Positions 23,342 through 38,136 of a DNA stretch of 64,000 nt are shown piece by piece. This DNA comes from Octopus bimaculoides. Lineage: Eukaryota. Position 1 is the stretch's first letter, and each line of letters starts with the position of its first letter. Position numbers and translations under genes: made by a program. The stretch lies in the NCBI RefSeq assembly GCF_001194135.2, contig NC_068988.1, positions 27,941,106 to 28,005,105 on the forward strand, read 5' to 3'. The notes under the pieces were generated by a model. The model saw only the letters and a program-made list of their open reading frames with translations, was not told where the DNA came from and made no database searches.

Positions 23342-26300
23342 ACCACACAACTACTTCATCGTATCACTACTGCATAAATCTCTCTGAGAGATTTAGAAAT
23401 GTATTATTTCTAAAATTAAATCTTTTATTAAAGTAATCTTTTGTATTTCTTGTAGCTTTTTTTTTTTTTTGTTTTGATCATTATCAAGGTTACACTTGTG
23501 CTCTCTGGTGCTTACAAAAACTAACATTACTTCAAGAATAACTTATTACCACTGCTAAAGAAGTACCTATATATTTTACAACTTTGCTCTCACCATCAAC
23601 AAATGCTGTTTTAATGTCTAACATCTTTTAAAATAGTTCATAAAGAAATCTAGACTTGTTCTCAACCCAATTGTGCTTTTAGCAATTTCCTTTGTAAATC
23701 AAAATAAGAATACTTTCTCTCTTTGAAACTTTAGACAGACTCATTCCTAATTATGTTGAGATTTGTTAACATATTCCACATTCTCCATTCTCATCTTATG
23801 GTGATATTTTCATCTAATAATGCAAGCAACAGATTTCTGTTTATTACAGCTTTGATGTATGCAATACACCATTGTTTTAGTTCCGGAATGTACCAACTGC
23901 TTATGGAGATCCATGTTTTAGATAAATTTTTACAGATAAATTGAAATCATCGTTATTTACCATTAGCTTTTCTATGCTTGTATGGGCCAGGCAGAGTTTG
24001 TTGAAGTAGATTTTTTCAACAGTGTGAGGTCCTTCTTGTTGTCAATCCTCTCCTGTTTCCAAACACGGTAATACTTCCCATGTCCATGCATGTTATCCAT
24101 GGAAGACTGGAAACCAATAACATAGCTTGTATGATGTTAATGATGATGATTATGAAGCTCATTTACAATCACAATTTCAAGACAAGGATGTACACATGCA
24201 CACACACACACATATATATGACCAGTTTCTGTCTACTAAATCCACTGACAAGGCTTTGGTCAACCCAGTGCCATTGTAGAAGACACTTGCCCAAGGTTCC
24301 ATGCAGTGGCATGGTAGCAAATTTAACCACACATTCACGCCTGCATTTGTAGGCTTTGGTTAGCCTGGAGCTATAGTTGAAAATATTTGCCCAAGGTGCC
24401 ACACAGTGGGACTGAACCCAAGACCACATAGTTGGCAAGCAAGCTTCTTAACCATACAGCTACACCTGCACCTATTAATTAGAGGTCACCTAATATCGAT
24501 ATACTGTCAGTCTGCCAAGTATGTCACTGCACTTTTTGTATACTTTATTGATTTCATTGTTTTTTTCGACACAAATAGTGGTTCTTTTTAAACCTTCAAC
24601 ATCTGTAGTTGCTCCATATGGTCAGATCTATCATATTTTTCTGTCACCATATTTGTTTGTTTGTATTTGCAGTTGTTTCTCTCATAAAACTTAAATTTCT
24701 ACTTGTCTTTGTGATGCTTGACAACCATTTCAAAAATAAGCTTGTACTATTTTTTATGCAGTGATTCCAAATAATGGCAAATCTCTTTGCATAAAATAGG
24801 AAGCAAATTTTAGAAGTTGTTGTTGCACTGACAACATGGAAGTGGAGGAAACAACTTCACTGTTAGTTGCCAAGCTTTCTATGTAGCTCTCCAGTAGAGA
24901 AAAGGTGTAAAAGGTGTTTGTACCTGACTGGGAGCAATCTTGAAATGAGACCAAGGAGAACCATGAATATTGTTGAAGCTCCAGTATGCAACCCTTCCAT
25001 TTAGACCCATTGAAAACAACACTTTGTCTCTATTCAAATGATTAATAATTGAATCTTTAAATTTATCATAATCACTTAACATTTGTTTTCCATGCTGGCA
25101 TGGGTTGGACAGTTTAGCAGGAGCTGGCAAACCAGCTGCATAGAACTCTGTTGTTTTCTTTGGTTTGGTTTCTATAGCTGGATGCTCTTCCTAATGCCAA
25201 TCACTTTACAGTGTATACTGGATGCTTCTTATGTTGCACCAACACCAGTGAGGTTACCAAATAACTTGCAAGACAACCCCCCCTCAACTGAGGAGTGGGC
25301 AGTAAGATTGAAGGTATTAAAAATATATAGTTAGCTTCTTTAGCTGCTTTGTGGTTTCCAAGTTTTGTCTCAAGTTGAGGTGTCTACCGCTTCAGAAGTG
25401 AAGGTTATTTGTTTGGAATAATTGTATCTGCATTTCTTTTGACTTTTATTCATAGTTTTAGAAACAAATCTCTTTGCTCCTAAACTGTTGAATTTCACCC
25501 CTAGGGAAAAGTGTTTTTGATTTGGGTCAGTTTAGAACAAATAACTTTTTTGTTTGAATTGTTGGAAATATGTTATCAGAAATATATATAAGGTATATTT
25601 TGATATGCAGCTCATAGATAGTGGTGTTGGGGAGAGCGGTAATCAATATTGTCATAAATATATAAATATATTGCAACTTGGAAACATACTTGAATAATAT
25701 AAAGTGTGATTGGTTTGTAGCATATTGTCAATGAATCAACACTTCCTGTACAACATATTGATTGACACAGCAGATAATACTTGAGAACAGACCACAAGTG
25801 TCTGCAGTGAATTGTGGTGCAACTTCATAGCTTTCTATTCTGTTTTTCTTTGCTAAGTGACCTAATCACAACATCTGCATAATATTGCATAATGATCAGA
25901 GTTCAAAGCAGAAGTAGTTTAAAATAAGTTTTCTCTGATTGTCAACAAGGAAATTACTTTTTGCTCTTGAAGGATAACTGTATGATATACATATTTGGAA
26001 GTGGATTACTTTGTGACCATTACACCTGAGCAGTAAAAAAGAGTTGCAAAGGCTGAGACGTAATTTGATCATCTTGTTGTTGGAACATTTGATCTGAAGG
26101 TTTAGATTGAGCTCAAATGAACTGAGTAAGTTGCTGGTAATGAGCAGCTTTAAAAAGATCAAAATATTGGACATAATATGAGATGTGAAGGAGGATTGAT
26201 GAAAAGTGTTCTGGATTGATACAAGATGGCTACAGTGTTAGATTTAACAAAAAGGCTATTTCTGACAATTGATTTGAAGGTTTGGATTAACAACTTTTTT

Positions 26301-27165
26301 CTTTTTTGGTATAGTAATAAAAACGATAGAGGTGTCTCTCATTGCACCTGGACTGGCAAATTTAATGTAGTTAAACATAGGTGGGGAGAGGATTTCCAGA
26401 GGGCTGTAGCTCTGGGGAGAATCATTAGGAAAGGTTGTTTAGCATGGTGTTTGCGAAGGTGAGCTGCAGAAAAGTTAAGAGAGGTAGATATATTGGGTTG
26501 CGTGTAGTTTGCTAGTTTCAAAAAGCAGTTGCTAATGCAGGTGAGGTAGAACAGGGTAGCAAGGACTACATTATGCAATGTACGTTTGCTTTAAGGCTAT
26601 ATGGTGGGATTTAAGGAAACTTTAACTCTAATTTTTTGCAGGTTTATGTGACTCCATATTCTCCTTCATTGATTCAGATTTTTGTATGTGTTGCAGCTGC
26701 TACTATCTTAAGTATGTTTCACAAAATTCTTAAGTGAGTCGCACTTTGTACAATATGAGCACCTAGCCTTTTGGGATGTTGTTTTGGTTATGTTGTGTAT
26801 GATTGCCATTCAGTATCATTAGAGATTGTAAAATTTAACATTTGAAAGGAATCAAAGCCTTATTTGTATTTTGTTCATGATTTGTGTCATTGTTCTTTGT
26901 TTCATGTATTGCTATATCTCACTCTGACAACCATCAATATTGACACATAGCCTTAGCCTAACTAATAAATATGAGAAAAATGTAGACATTTGTAAATGGC
27001 AGATATTTTTCACCTTATCTCATCTAAAATAAATGAATATTTAAATCGTGTGTATATATATATATCATATTCACTTGTGTATAAGTTGCACCCAAGTTTT
27101 TTTGGTTCTGTTTTTTCCAATTAAAATCAAGTTTAGAATAGTGCAACTTATACATGAGTCAATGT

Positions 27166-27209
<44 letters not shown>

Positions 27210-27669
27210 AGATACAGTTAATTATTCCTTGTTACTAGTATTACTACTTTTAGTACAATTGGTCTTTCACTACCCTTTGTTCTTTCAATATTTCTAGTTT
27301 TTCCTTTTCCTTGTCTACTCTCACATTGTATTGGTATTAATATATAAAATTTTTTTGTTTGTTTGTTTTTTTTTTTTGCTTTTGGGTCTGATATAGGTTG
27401 GCTTTTATTTTTAGCAAGATGAATTTATATGAATCTATTTCATTATTTTGTGTCCATGGTCAAATTAATATTTCTCAGAGAAAAGATTTTTTCTAACATT
27501 GTACATGCAGTTTGAAAATGAATATTCTAAAGCTTCTTTATGCACACACATGGACAAGAAATTTTCATAATTCAACTATATTGTGGGGGGATGAAGTAAG
27601 AATGAAAAAACATGAAGGTTGTGAAAATTGAGTTACCATAGGATAGGATTCTGAATTACCAAATAGTGA

Positions 27670-27978
27670 CTCTCGTGCTGGTTGCACGCAATAAGCATCA
27701 TTCATGTGTGGGTCATTGCCAGTGCTGCCTGACTGGGTCCCCGTGTTGATAGCTTGTAAAAAAGCACCATCTGAACATGGCCAATTCCAGTGCTGCCTGA
27801 CTGGCTCCTGTGCCGGTGGCACATAAAAAGCACCCACTACACTCTTGGAGTGGTTGGCGTTAGGAAGGGCATCCAGCTGTAGAAACATTGCTGGATCAGA
27901 TTGGAGCCGGGTGCAGCCATCTGGTTCACCAGTCCCCAGTCAAATTGCCCAACTCATGCCGGCATGGAAAACAGATGT
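27670..27978 (+). mobile_element. RTE LINE 3'UTR fragment with (GAT)n tail
   Basis: Closely matches the 3' end of the LINE at 13370-13708. Many other such fragments (e.g. 6780-6950, 9160-9420, 19380-19590, 21060-21250, 25080-25260, 30560-30940, 51290-51480). Confidence 0.85.
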
Positions 27979-28887
27979 TAAACGATGATGATGATGATGT
28001 TAGAACAATGACCCAATGGAGGGTAACAGAAAGTTAATATAGTGCCAAGATATTACCAGTAAATAGATAGATTTAATTCTGATTTCTGTTTAAAATTATC
28101 TCAATTAACCCTCCTTACATATAAACACATGATGTATTTGATAGCATATAAATGCATTTTTGTTTTCCCCAAAAAATGTCTGAAAAAAATCACTCCAGAT
28201 CCTATATGTGAAGTTAGGCTTTCAACTAAATATTACATTTTAATACAATAAAAAACTTTCCCCTTGGATATACTCTGTTGAATTGGAATGCATCTGATAT
28301 ATCTATGCATCTTTTATGCCATCAAATATGGTAGTTAAAACCTTTGACACTGTTACCAATACTAGGTCTTACAATTTCTCATGGTGACGTCACATTTAAG
28401 ATTACATTCCAAGGCTGTATGGTAAGAATTTTGCTTTCCAACCGCATGGCAGGTTCTGTCCCACTGCATGGCACTTTGGGCAAGCATCTTCTACTACCAA
28501 AACCAACTAAATCCTTGTGAGCAGATTTGGTGGACAGAAACTGAAAGAAGCCCACTGTGTGTGCGTGTGTGTGTGTGTGTGTCTCTCTTTTTCTGTTTGT
28601 TCCCCCATCACTGCTCGATAGCTGGTATTGGTGTGTTTACAGCCTTGTAACTTAGCAGTTCAGCCAAAGAGACTAATAGAATGAGTACCAGGCTTAAAAA
28701 AAAAGAGTACTGGAGTTGATTCGTTCAACTAAAATTTTTCAAAGCTGTGCTCCAGTATGACCACAATCTAATGACTGGAACAAATAAGAGATAGAAAATA
28801 AACACTATGCTTTTGTTTTTCAATTTCAAACTTTTTTATGATGTTTATAGAATTTCATTTTCTTTTTTTTTTTCTTAATGATAAAAT

Positions 28888-28901
28888 GTTACCATGGAAA
28901 C
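28888..28901. promoter_or_regulatory. RFX X-box-like palindrome GTTACCATGGAAAC
   Basis: Matches GTTNCCATGGNAAC; function not shown. Confidence 0.5.
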
Positions 28902-29261
28902 AGGTGCAATACTTGAATAGTGAGTTACACAGTAGTTGACCTTTAAACTTTCTTAGTGTCTTAATTTATATTAGATAGATTGGTTTGTTATTTCCTATGT
29001 GGCTTATTCACATTTCTCTGCCCAATTGCTTAAGATTTACATTTGTATTCATGTTTCAAAAGAGGACGCTTAAAAAGGACAGACACCTCAAAACATTTGT
29101 TGATGGTGGTGATCGTAGTGGATTTATCTAGTGAAGGGTACAGCTATAAGAAAATTTGTGGAATGTACCATTTGGCATTATGAAACTAAAGCTGTTAATT
29201 CATTCAAATTTCAAAGTATAAATTTAAAGAGAGAGAGAAAAAAATAGAAAAATGTAATCAT

Positions 29262-29650
29262 GAGTGGCTGTGTGGTAAGTAGCTTGCTTACCAACCACAT
29301 GGTTCTGGGTTCAGTCCCACCATGTGGCACCTTGGGTAAGTGTCTTCTACTATAGCCTCGGGTTGACCAAAGCCTTGTGAGTGGATTTGGTTGACTGAAA
29401 CTGAAAGAAGCCCATCGTATATATATATATGTGTGTGTGTTTGAGTGTCTGTGTTTGTCCCCCCAACATCACTTGACAACCGATGCTAGTGTGTTTACGT
29501 CCCTGTAACTTAGCGGTTCGGCAAAAAGAGACCGATAGAATAAGTACTAGGCTTACAAAGAATAAGTCCTGGGGGCGATTTGCTCGACTAAAGGCGGTGC
29601 CCTAGCATGGCCGCAGTCAAACGACTGAAACAAGTAAAAGAGTAAAAGAG
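29262..29650 (+). mobile_element. Full-length, young tRNA-derived CORE-like SINE (resembles the octopus OR2 type)
   Basis: Head GAGTGGCTGTGTGGTAAG...GGTTCAGTCCC, CORE-like GCACCTTGGGTAAGTGTCTTCT, (TA)/(TG) spacer, tail GACTGAAACAAGTAAAAGAGTAAAAGAG. Older copies at ~17250-17665, 28400-28800, 33755-34390, 44170-44830. Confidence 0.85.
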
Positions 29651-32193
29651 TATAACACCGAAAGTAATACTTCAAGATTTTGCTATCACTTTGTCATAAA
29701 ATAGTTTCATTCATGCATGCTTCTCAAATATCATTCATTAAGGATACCCTTTGGCTGCTTAGATTATAAGTACATTTCACTTTGGTATAAAGCCAATTTA
29801 TCCTCGTCTTCTCTATGATCATTGACACAGATAGCAAGCATTCTAAAGATCCAAATGTGCAGAGGAGGTTTTTTTTTTTTTTTGCTCCAATATGGCCAGA
29901 GCCAACTGACTGGCATCAACCCATGCTAGCATGGAAAGCGGACGTTAAACGATGATGATGATGTAAAATGCTTTCTGCATTGAAAAACTATTTTGATATT
30001 GTTTGAAATGTCTGGCTTAAGAATGGTAGACCCATTCTTAATCCAGACTTTTCAAAACAATATCACAATGACATCAGAATCCTTGTAATGTTTCCTGAAT
30101 TGAGTATCAAATTAAGTATTACAAGAAAGTATTTCAATAAAAAACTTTTCATCATTATCATCATCATTGTTTTAATGTCCACTTTTCAATGCTTGCATGG
30201 GTCAGATAAAGTTTGAAGCAGATTTTCTACAGTTGGACACCCTGCTTGTCACCGACTCTCACCTGTTTCCAAGCAAACTAATGCTTTCCCATGGCCAGAC
30301 ATGTTTTAGCAGAGTATTGGAAATGAATGACACTTTTTTCTGACAGAGATGTTCATTTACAATTATGTGATGTCAACACAAGGAGATACAAACATACACA
30401 CACTCACATAAACACGTATATATATATATATGTATACAACAGATTTCTTTGAGGCTATAATAGATGACATTTGCCCAATATGCCATTCAGTAAAAGAAAT
30501 AGATTCTGGAGCAGTGGTTCTCAACCATTTAAATATCCAGACCAGATCCAAACCTGAATTTCTTTTTTTTTAGGGATCCACACCAAAAAACAGTACACAA
30601 GTCAACTGGCACATAAAAAGCACCTTTCAAACATTGGGCCTCACAGAGGCAATGACAAATGAGCGAGATCTTTGGCAATATACTGTGTTTGAGAAGAAGA
30701 CCCATCAAGCCACGTGAAATTGTAGTCATGGAAGATACTGGTGTCATGCAACTGGCACCTGTGCTGGTGGCATGTAAAAACACCCATTATGCTCTTGGAG
30801 TGGTTGGCATTTGAAAGGGCATCCAGCCATAGAAACCATGCCAAATCAGTCTGGAGTTTGGTGCAGCTCCTCAGTTTACCAGCCCTGGTCAAACTGTCCA
30901 ACCCATGCCAGCATGGACAACGGACATTAAATGATAATGATGAGAATGAAAGCTGTCAGGTGCCACCAGAAGGATACCTGAGGGTTGCATGCGACCCTGG
31001 GAGCCCCAGTTGGGTACTGCTGTTCTGGAGTATCAAAACAACATATCTGGACAAAAATGTCAGCAAGTGAACATTTCTCTAGGGTTTGAGTCACCTGTAG
31101 GGAATGTCTTTTTTCCAACAAATACCTAAAACTAGAGATGAAACTGATAGCATTTAAAAAAGAAAGAAAAGTGACACATAACAGAGGTTTATTATAGAAA
31201 GTAAAAACTGGAAATCCAATATAACTACTCATAGTGTTTGCTGGCAAAATTGTTCATAAAATTTATTTGCCCCACTTTTTCCTTTTTTCCTCATTTTGTG
31301 ATAAAAGGCATGGCCTGACATGTTAGACACGCTTCACAGCAACCTGTGCTTATCTTAAGTGATCCTTAGCAAACAATACTGCATTTGATAAGGTGCACCT
31401 ATATTGTTTAAAAACAAAAAAAAACACCCCCAAAGCCTGTTTTCAGTTTCGAAACAAAGGTCAAGGTTTGTGTTACAAGTTGCAGTTGAAAGAAGAGCTT
31501 GCTGTCAAATGCAGTATTTGTTTGTTTATAATAAAACCGATAAAAACATTAACAAAACATTACCTTTTTTCAGTTATCCTGTTGTAGATTTTTTAAGTGT
31601 CATTGGTCAATTTATTGAATGCATGTAACTGTTGATGTTACCATAGTGATATCTATAGTTACAAGTAAATTTTTTTTTTTAAATTTTATTTACAGTCACC
31701 ACTTTAAAAACAAAACAAAACAAAAAAAACTTTGTTATATTTCTTAACTAATCACATGGATCATGACACCATGTAGGTGTGTCTTGGCAATTGTAAGTCG
31801 ATCAAAACCAACCTTTTTGTTGCCAGTCAAACCAGTTAATGGACCAGAGGAAGCCAACTAAATATATGCAGTGAGATTTTTAGGAGGAAAAAAAAACAAA
31901 AACAAACAAAAAGGGAAATATCAATAACAACTTCATTTTAACTTCTTAGAAGAAAAAAAACCCCCAATTACTTGGAAAGTTAATCAATCCTTTATGACTA
32001 GTAAGAAACAGATATCAATCTATTATTCCCAAATTATGGACAGTTGGGAAGGAAAATGTCTGATCTAGATGCAACACAGTCTGAAATATTTCAGGTTTAA
32101 GATTTTTAGCCATTCACTTATCATATTTTCTGACTTTCTTTTTAAAATATAAAGTTGCTATTTCTCTAATTAAAATGCCTTATTCATTTGCAG

Positions 32194-32310
32194 AAAGAAC
32201 GAGATCTTGAACTTGCAGCTCGCATCGGTCAAACCCTTCTTGAGAAGAACAAAGAGTTATCAGATAAAGCTGACCACTTAGAAGACCAATTATCTGCTGC
32301 TAATGACAAA
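32194..32310 (+). CDS. TRAK1: TRAK/Milton coding exon: KERDLELAARIGQTLLEKNKELSDKADHLEDQLSAANDK
   Basis: tttgcAG acceptor, AAA|GTAAGT donor, phase 0/0; signature KERDLELAARIGQ. Confidence 0.97.
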
Positions 32311-33165
32311 GTAAGTCGGTTTTTTTTTCTTCTTTCAAATCAATTTTCATTTGTAAGTGTTTTCTTCTCTGTGTTAACCATTATTAGGGGGTGTCTATGA
32401 TATTAGAAAATTACAAGATGTTATATCTTATACTCTGTGTGTGTGTGTGATTGTGTGAAGGCCATAGGGAAATTAAATATCACTGCTGTTCCNNNNNNNN
32501 NNNNNNNNNNNNNNNNNNNNNNNNNNNNNNNNNNNNNNNNNNNNNNNNNNNNNNNNNNNNNNNNNNNNNNNNNNNNNNNNNNNNNNNNNNNNNNNNNNNN
32601 NNNNNNNNNNNNNNNNNNNNNNNNNNNNNNNNNNNNNNNNNNNNNNNNNNNNNNNNNNNNNNNNNNNNNNNNNNNNNNNNNNNNNNNNNNNNNNNNNNNN
32701 NNNNNNNNNNNNNNNNNNNNNNNNNNNNNNNNNNNNNNNNNNNNNNNNNNNNNNNNNNNNNNNNNNNNNNNNNNNNNNNNNNNNNNNNNNNNNNNNNNNN
32801 NNNNNNNNNNNNNNNNNNNNNNNNNNNNNNNNNNNNNNNNNNNNNNNNNNNNNNNNNNNNNNNNNNNNNNNNNNNNNNNNNNNNNNNNNNNNNNNNNNNN
32901 NNNNNNNNNNNNNNNNNNNNNNNNNNNNNNNNNNNNNNNNNNNNNNNNNNNNNNNNNNNNNNNNNNNNNNNNNNNNNNNNNNNNNNNNNNNNNNNNNNNN
33001 NNNNNNNNNNNNNNNNNNNNNNNNNNNNNNNNNNNNNNNNNNNNNNNNNNNNNNNNNNNNNNNNNNNNNNNNNNNNNNNNNNNNNNNNNNNNNNNNNNNN
33101 NNNNNNNNNNNNNNNNNNNNNNNNNNNNNNNNNNNNNNNNNNNNNNNNNNNNNNNNNNNNNNNNN

Positions 33166-33219
<54 letters not shown>

Positions 33220-35209
33220 TAGCAGTTTTAAACAATCCTCTTACATATCCAACTTAACATAGGCGGCTTCTTAGAACCCTGAATATTGCATTGTTAACCT
33301 TGAAAGATCCTCTCATATAGATTCCTTTATGCACGAAGTACCTTTACGAGAGGATCTCTCCAGGCTAATAAAGCAGTATTTGGTGTTCTGACAGAGGATC
33401 CATATTAATACCTTTTAGTATTAATACTGCTTCTGTCACCTATAATTAATCCGTTTATGTTTCCCAATTGTAAATACCTGTATTAGGCTTTTTATTGATT
33501 TTTAATATTCCTGTAAAACTCCCCAAATTATTTTTATTTCTTCACCCAAATGATGTTGGATAAAATTCCCTTTATTACTACAAGTTTTAACTATCTTTTT
33601 ACTTCTTAATTGTTGCGTATTGACAAAATGAATGTTTTGCTTTTCAAAATGTGTTGAGCCCTTTTTTTTTTTTTGCTTTTGCATCTATTGATGAAAACAT
33701 TTTTGTGAAAATTAAATTGATATTTACAGAAACTAATTAATTACTGGTTGCAGATGTGGTTGTATGGTTAAGGGACTCTCATTGCAACCTTATTTAGGTG
33801 GGATTCAGTCTCACTGCACAGCACCTTGAGCAAGTGTCTTCTACTATATCTTTAGGCAGACCCATGCTTTGTAAGTGAATTTGGTAGATAGAAACTGTGT
33901 GGAAGCCTGATGTGTGTGTGTGTGCGTGCGTGTATGTATGTATATATTTCGAAATGCAGAGTAGATGGAACAGGGACAACTGACAAAGGGTTATACTCTT
34001 TATGTTGCATGTCTCATTACTCTGTTTGTTATTTTCGTTGTTCGAAAAAAGTTCGTTTTCTGTTTTCGTCTTTGTTTTTGTTTCTCGTGTTTAACGTTTT
34101 TTTGTGATGTCCTGTACCCATATATGCATGTATGTATACATATAGATGTAGGTATGTACATATATGTATGGATATATGCATATGTTTATATATTATATAT
34201 ATATATATGGTAGGAGAGTCTCTGTGTCTTTGTTTATCTCTCCTACCATTTGACAGTTGATGTTGGTTTGTTTCTGCCCCTATAACTTAACAGGTTGGAA
34301 AGAGGAAACAAAATAAGTACCAGACATGAAAAAATATTACTCCTGCTTCAGCATGGTCACAGTTCAATGACTGAAGCAAGTAAAAGAAAGATTTAAAAAA
34401 ACATTTTATGCTTTAAATTGCTAAATTTCACAAGATTGTGTTACTGGGTTTAATTCTATTATATTTATACTAACAACAATAATAATATTTTAAAAAAATC
34501 TTTTCTGTTTCATTTACATTGTTTGGTGTGTGTTACAGGCAGTAGTTGACTCATAGAATTCAGCCACTGTAGGTTGGGATAGATTTAAAGTGTGACACAA
34601 TACCTATTCAACAATCTTTAAGAAATAAGTTGAATTAACTGTGTGATTTTTCTCTAATATAAAATTTGAATAAATTCAAGATAAAATGTTCACAACCTGA
34701 ACAAAAGAGTAGGTGCTGGGAATATAGAAAGCTATGGAATAAAAAAAAATGATTCTGTACTGAATTGTAAAATGGTAAAAATGAATTATTGTATCATAGC
34801 TGTTGGGTGGAAATAGACAGTAGTTATAGCAAGATATGTATATTGACCTTCTAACAACAGTACATTTTGAAGGTGAATTATTTTTGTTTATATTTGCTTT
34901 GGTGTGTATGTGCGTGCACATGAAAAGCCTTTTTTCTATGAGATTGCTATTTCCCCAAATATTAATAGTCTCTCTCTCTCTCTCTCNNNNNNNNNNNNNN
35001 NNNNNNNNNNNNNNNNNNNNNNNNNNNNNNNNNNNNNNNNNNNNNNNNNNNNNNNNNNNNNNNNNNNNNNNNNNNNNNNNNNNNNNNNNNNNNNNNNNNN
35101 NNNNNNNNNNNNNNNNNNNNNNNNNNNNNNNNNNNNNNNNNNNNNNNNNNNNNNNNNNNNNNNNNNNNNNNNNNNNNNNNNNNNNNNCCCTCTCTCTCTC
35201 TCTCTCCCT

Positions 35210-35241
<32 letters not shown>

Positions 35242-35679
35242 CACACTCACACACACACACACACACACACACAACGCTATCAGATATCTGACCCAGGGCA
35301 TGACATATTATCACAAGGAGTGGAAGTTCAGGTTATTGAGTTTTTTTTCACGAATGATAATCAGCCAGACTTTTCGATGTAGTAAACAAAGATCACTATT
35401 TAACATTTAACCGTAAAACATTAATTAATAAATTATATTAAACTGAATCCTATATATTGTAAATACCTATTTTATTTTGTTACTATAAGTAATCTTAAGA
35501 TTGGAAAATATACTTTGGAGGAGGGTAAATATTAACATAATATTATAATGTGCACTCATTAAATATATTTGTCTAATAATTAAATGTGTCCAACAATGGC
35601 TAAGATGAAATTAGTACATATTTCCTTGGCCATGGCACTGATGAACTTTTTGGTTTAGTATCTTCTGTTGAAATCTTTG

Positions 35680-35880
35680 TGCCACTCGATTCTCATCCCT
35701 GTTGAGTTTCCTGTTCATCATAAGACAATCCTTTTATACTAATAAACTTTCCTCAAACCGCTGCTCTCTGGAACTCGCTACCATCATTTTGTTTTCCTCT
35801 TATCTAGGCTATTCTATCCTTTAAATTTTCTGCCAATTGACATCTTTTGAATTTGTAGGCCCCCTCCATTTCCTCCTTTG
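35680..35880 (+). mobile_element. Degenerate CR1/Crack-like LINE 3' ORF2 fragment
   Basis: Translates ...PQTAALWNSLPSFCFP..., same family as 40610-41135; a third decayed copy on the minus strand at ~26300-26600. Confidence 0.55.
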
Positions 35881-38035
35881 TAGTCACTTATGCTTCAATG
35901 GCCTCCAACCTTGTTTGGGACAAAAACCAAATAAAAACACTCAGGCCTTACCCGGTGACCTTCACAATACAAAGATGAGAAACATCTACAATAGTAAATC
36001 AAAACCTCACAACGAGTCTTACTGAGTTCACCTCCAACTTTTGATCCTCACCAACTTGTAATTATATAAAGATTAATATAAAGAGCTTATATAGTGAATC
36101 TATGCCAACTACTTATATTTTTGCCAAAGAATACACTTGTTTCACTGAAATACTTTTTACACTCTACTTGATGCTTGAAAAACTAAAACTAATTATTTGA
36201 ATGTAAATTTGATTAACCCTTCCAATGCTAACCTGATACAAACTTCTTATTTTATAAGATCTAAAATAGATTCTTCCCTAAAAATTTCAGGTTAATTCAT
36301 GTCTCAAACAGAAGCTTAAGAATAGCAAAGTTATTTTACTAAACTCTTCATGTTTAAAAAAAATTGAAACCTAGGCTATGTATTTCAACAGTAGTAAGAA
36401 ACTTTCAAGAGAATTGAACAGCCGAAGGTCTTCAGACAAGAATAGTTACTTGGAACTGTTGAAATATAAGGCCATGTATTTCTACAGTAATATAACAGAA
36501 AGGTTAAAGCAATATTTCAATGTTATTATCCTTAACTGTAATAGTAACTGTTGTTCTGTACTTAGATATTCTCTCATATTATTTTTTTACCCCGTATATG
36601 TTTCTAGCCATAGATATCTAATTTCTTTTTTTCTATGTCAGTTATGAGCAAACTGCAGCTTTCTGAATGGCTTACCTTGAATTTTTGTTTAGTACTGCAT
36701 CTCACCTGATGAGCCATGTCTCACACCACCTGCCTAGACATGATCTTATGTCAACAAACATAAACATCTATCTCTCTTCTGATATATGCTTAAGTTTATT
36801 GGTAAAAAAAAAAAAACTTTGTTTTTTTTTACCATATCCAACCCTAATTAGTCACACCTATTCTATAGTATGTTTGGTACAAGATCTAACAAACTCTAAC
36901 TTTGCCCCTCATATTCTACTGATATTTGTTTAATCAGTGGTGAAGGTTGCATTGTAAGAAGATACAAAACTAGACAAACTGGGTTTGCAACCAGGAAGTG
37001 AATAGATCCACTTCTTTTACCTTATATAGTGACAAGTGCATTCATATAGCATTTTGTTTATGTGTGTGCGTGCATGCACGTATGTGTATGAGAGAGAACG
37101 AAGGCACTGACATGGCTGTGTAGTTAAGTTCAGTTCTCAACCACATGGTTTCAGGTTCAGTCCCACTGCCCAACACCTGGGGCAAGTCCCAAGCTGCTCA
37201 ATGTCTTGTGAGTGAATTTAGTAACTGGAGACTACATGAAGCCCATTGTGTGTGTATATCTGTGTGTCTGTATGAATTTCACGGTATGTAAACATTCACA
37301 AAGAGTGAATTACAAATGGTAAAGTTTTGACAATTCCTTATCAACAGATTGCCCAATAACTTCGTGCTTTTAAAGACATGTGGAATAAAATAAATTTTTT
37401 AAATCCCTTACTTGAAAATCAGGTATGGGTTAGTGACAGGAAGAGCATTTGACTGTAAAACAATGTCTCCGTAATAGGTATCCATCTACCTTATGCTAGC
37501 ATGGAAAAATGAACACATGCACATACATACACACAACTAGCATATCTTAATTACAGGGAGTTTTCATGTAATTTGTATGTTCATTTTTCTTTACTTACAC
37601 GGATGAGAGTTTCACTGATTTGAACATTTTTGTATTGAATAAGGTATTTTTATACATGAATATCTCACCTTCTTACTGACAACCAACCATTCAATTTAGA
37701 AACGGTAATGACATCTGTTATCAGTCAAACACACTGAAGTAGGCAAAGTCCCGACCATATCTACTCATGCATGAATCACACCCCTAATTTAGTATTAAAT
37801 CATAGTACAAAATGTTTTCCCTTCATAGTTTTAGATTTGCCACTTATATAAGCCATGCCCCTGTTTTTTTTCAGTTAAAATCAAGTATAGAATAGTGTGA
37901 CTTATACATGAATAAATACCCATGTTCAAAGAACTGTGGTTGCATCAATGCTTTACCTCCTGGCCAGCTGATTAACTATATTTGAACACCTTCACTTCAG
38001 ACTGCTTATACCATTCTGTGTTGACTCTTTTACAG

Positions 38036-38136
38036 GTTAGCCAATTAAAACATGACCTTTCTATGAAAGATGAGTTGTTGCGATTCTATACACAAGATTT
38101 AGAAAATGCAGAGTCTGAATCAGATTCTAGTACACC
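38036..38136 (+). CDS. TRAK1: TRAK/Milton coding exon: VSQLKHDLSMKDELLRFYTQDLENAESESDSST(P)
   Basis: tttacAG acceptor, CC|GTAAGT donor, phase 0/2; matches the TRAK QLxHxLSMKDELL motif. Confidence 0.95.
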
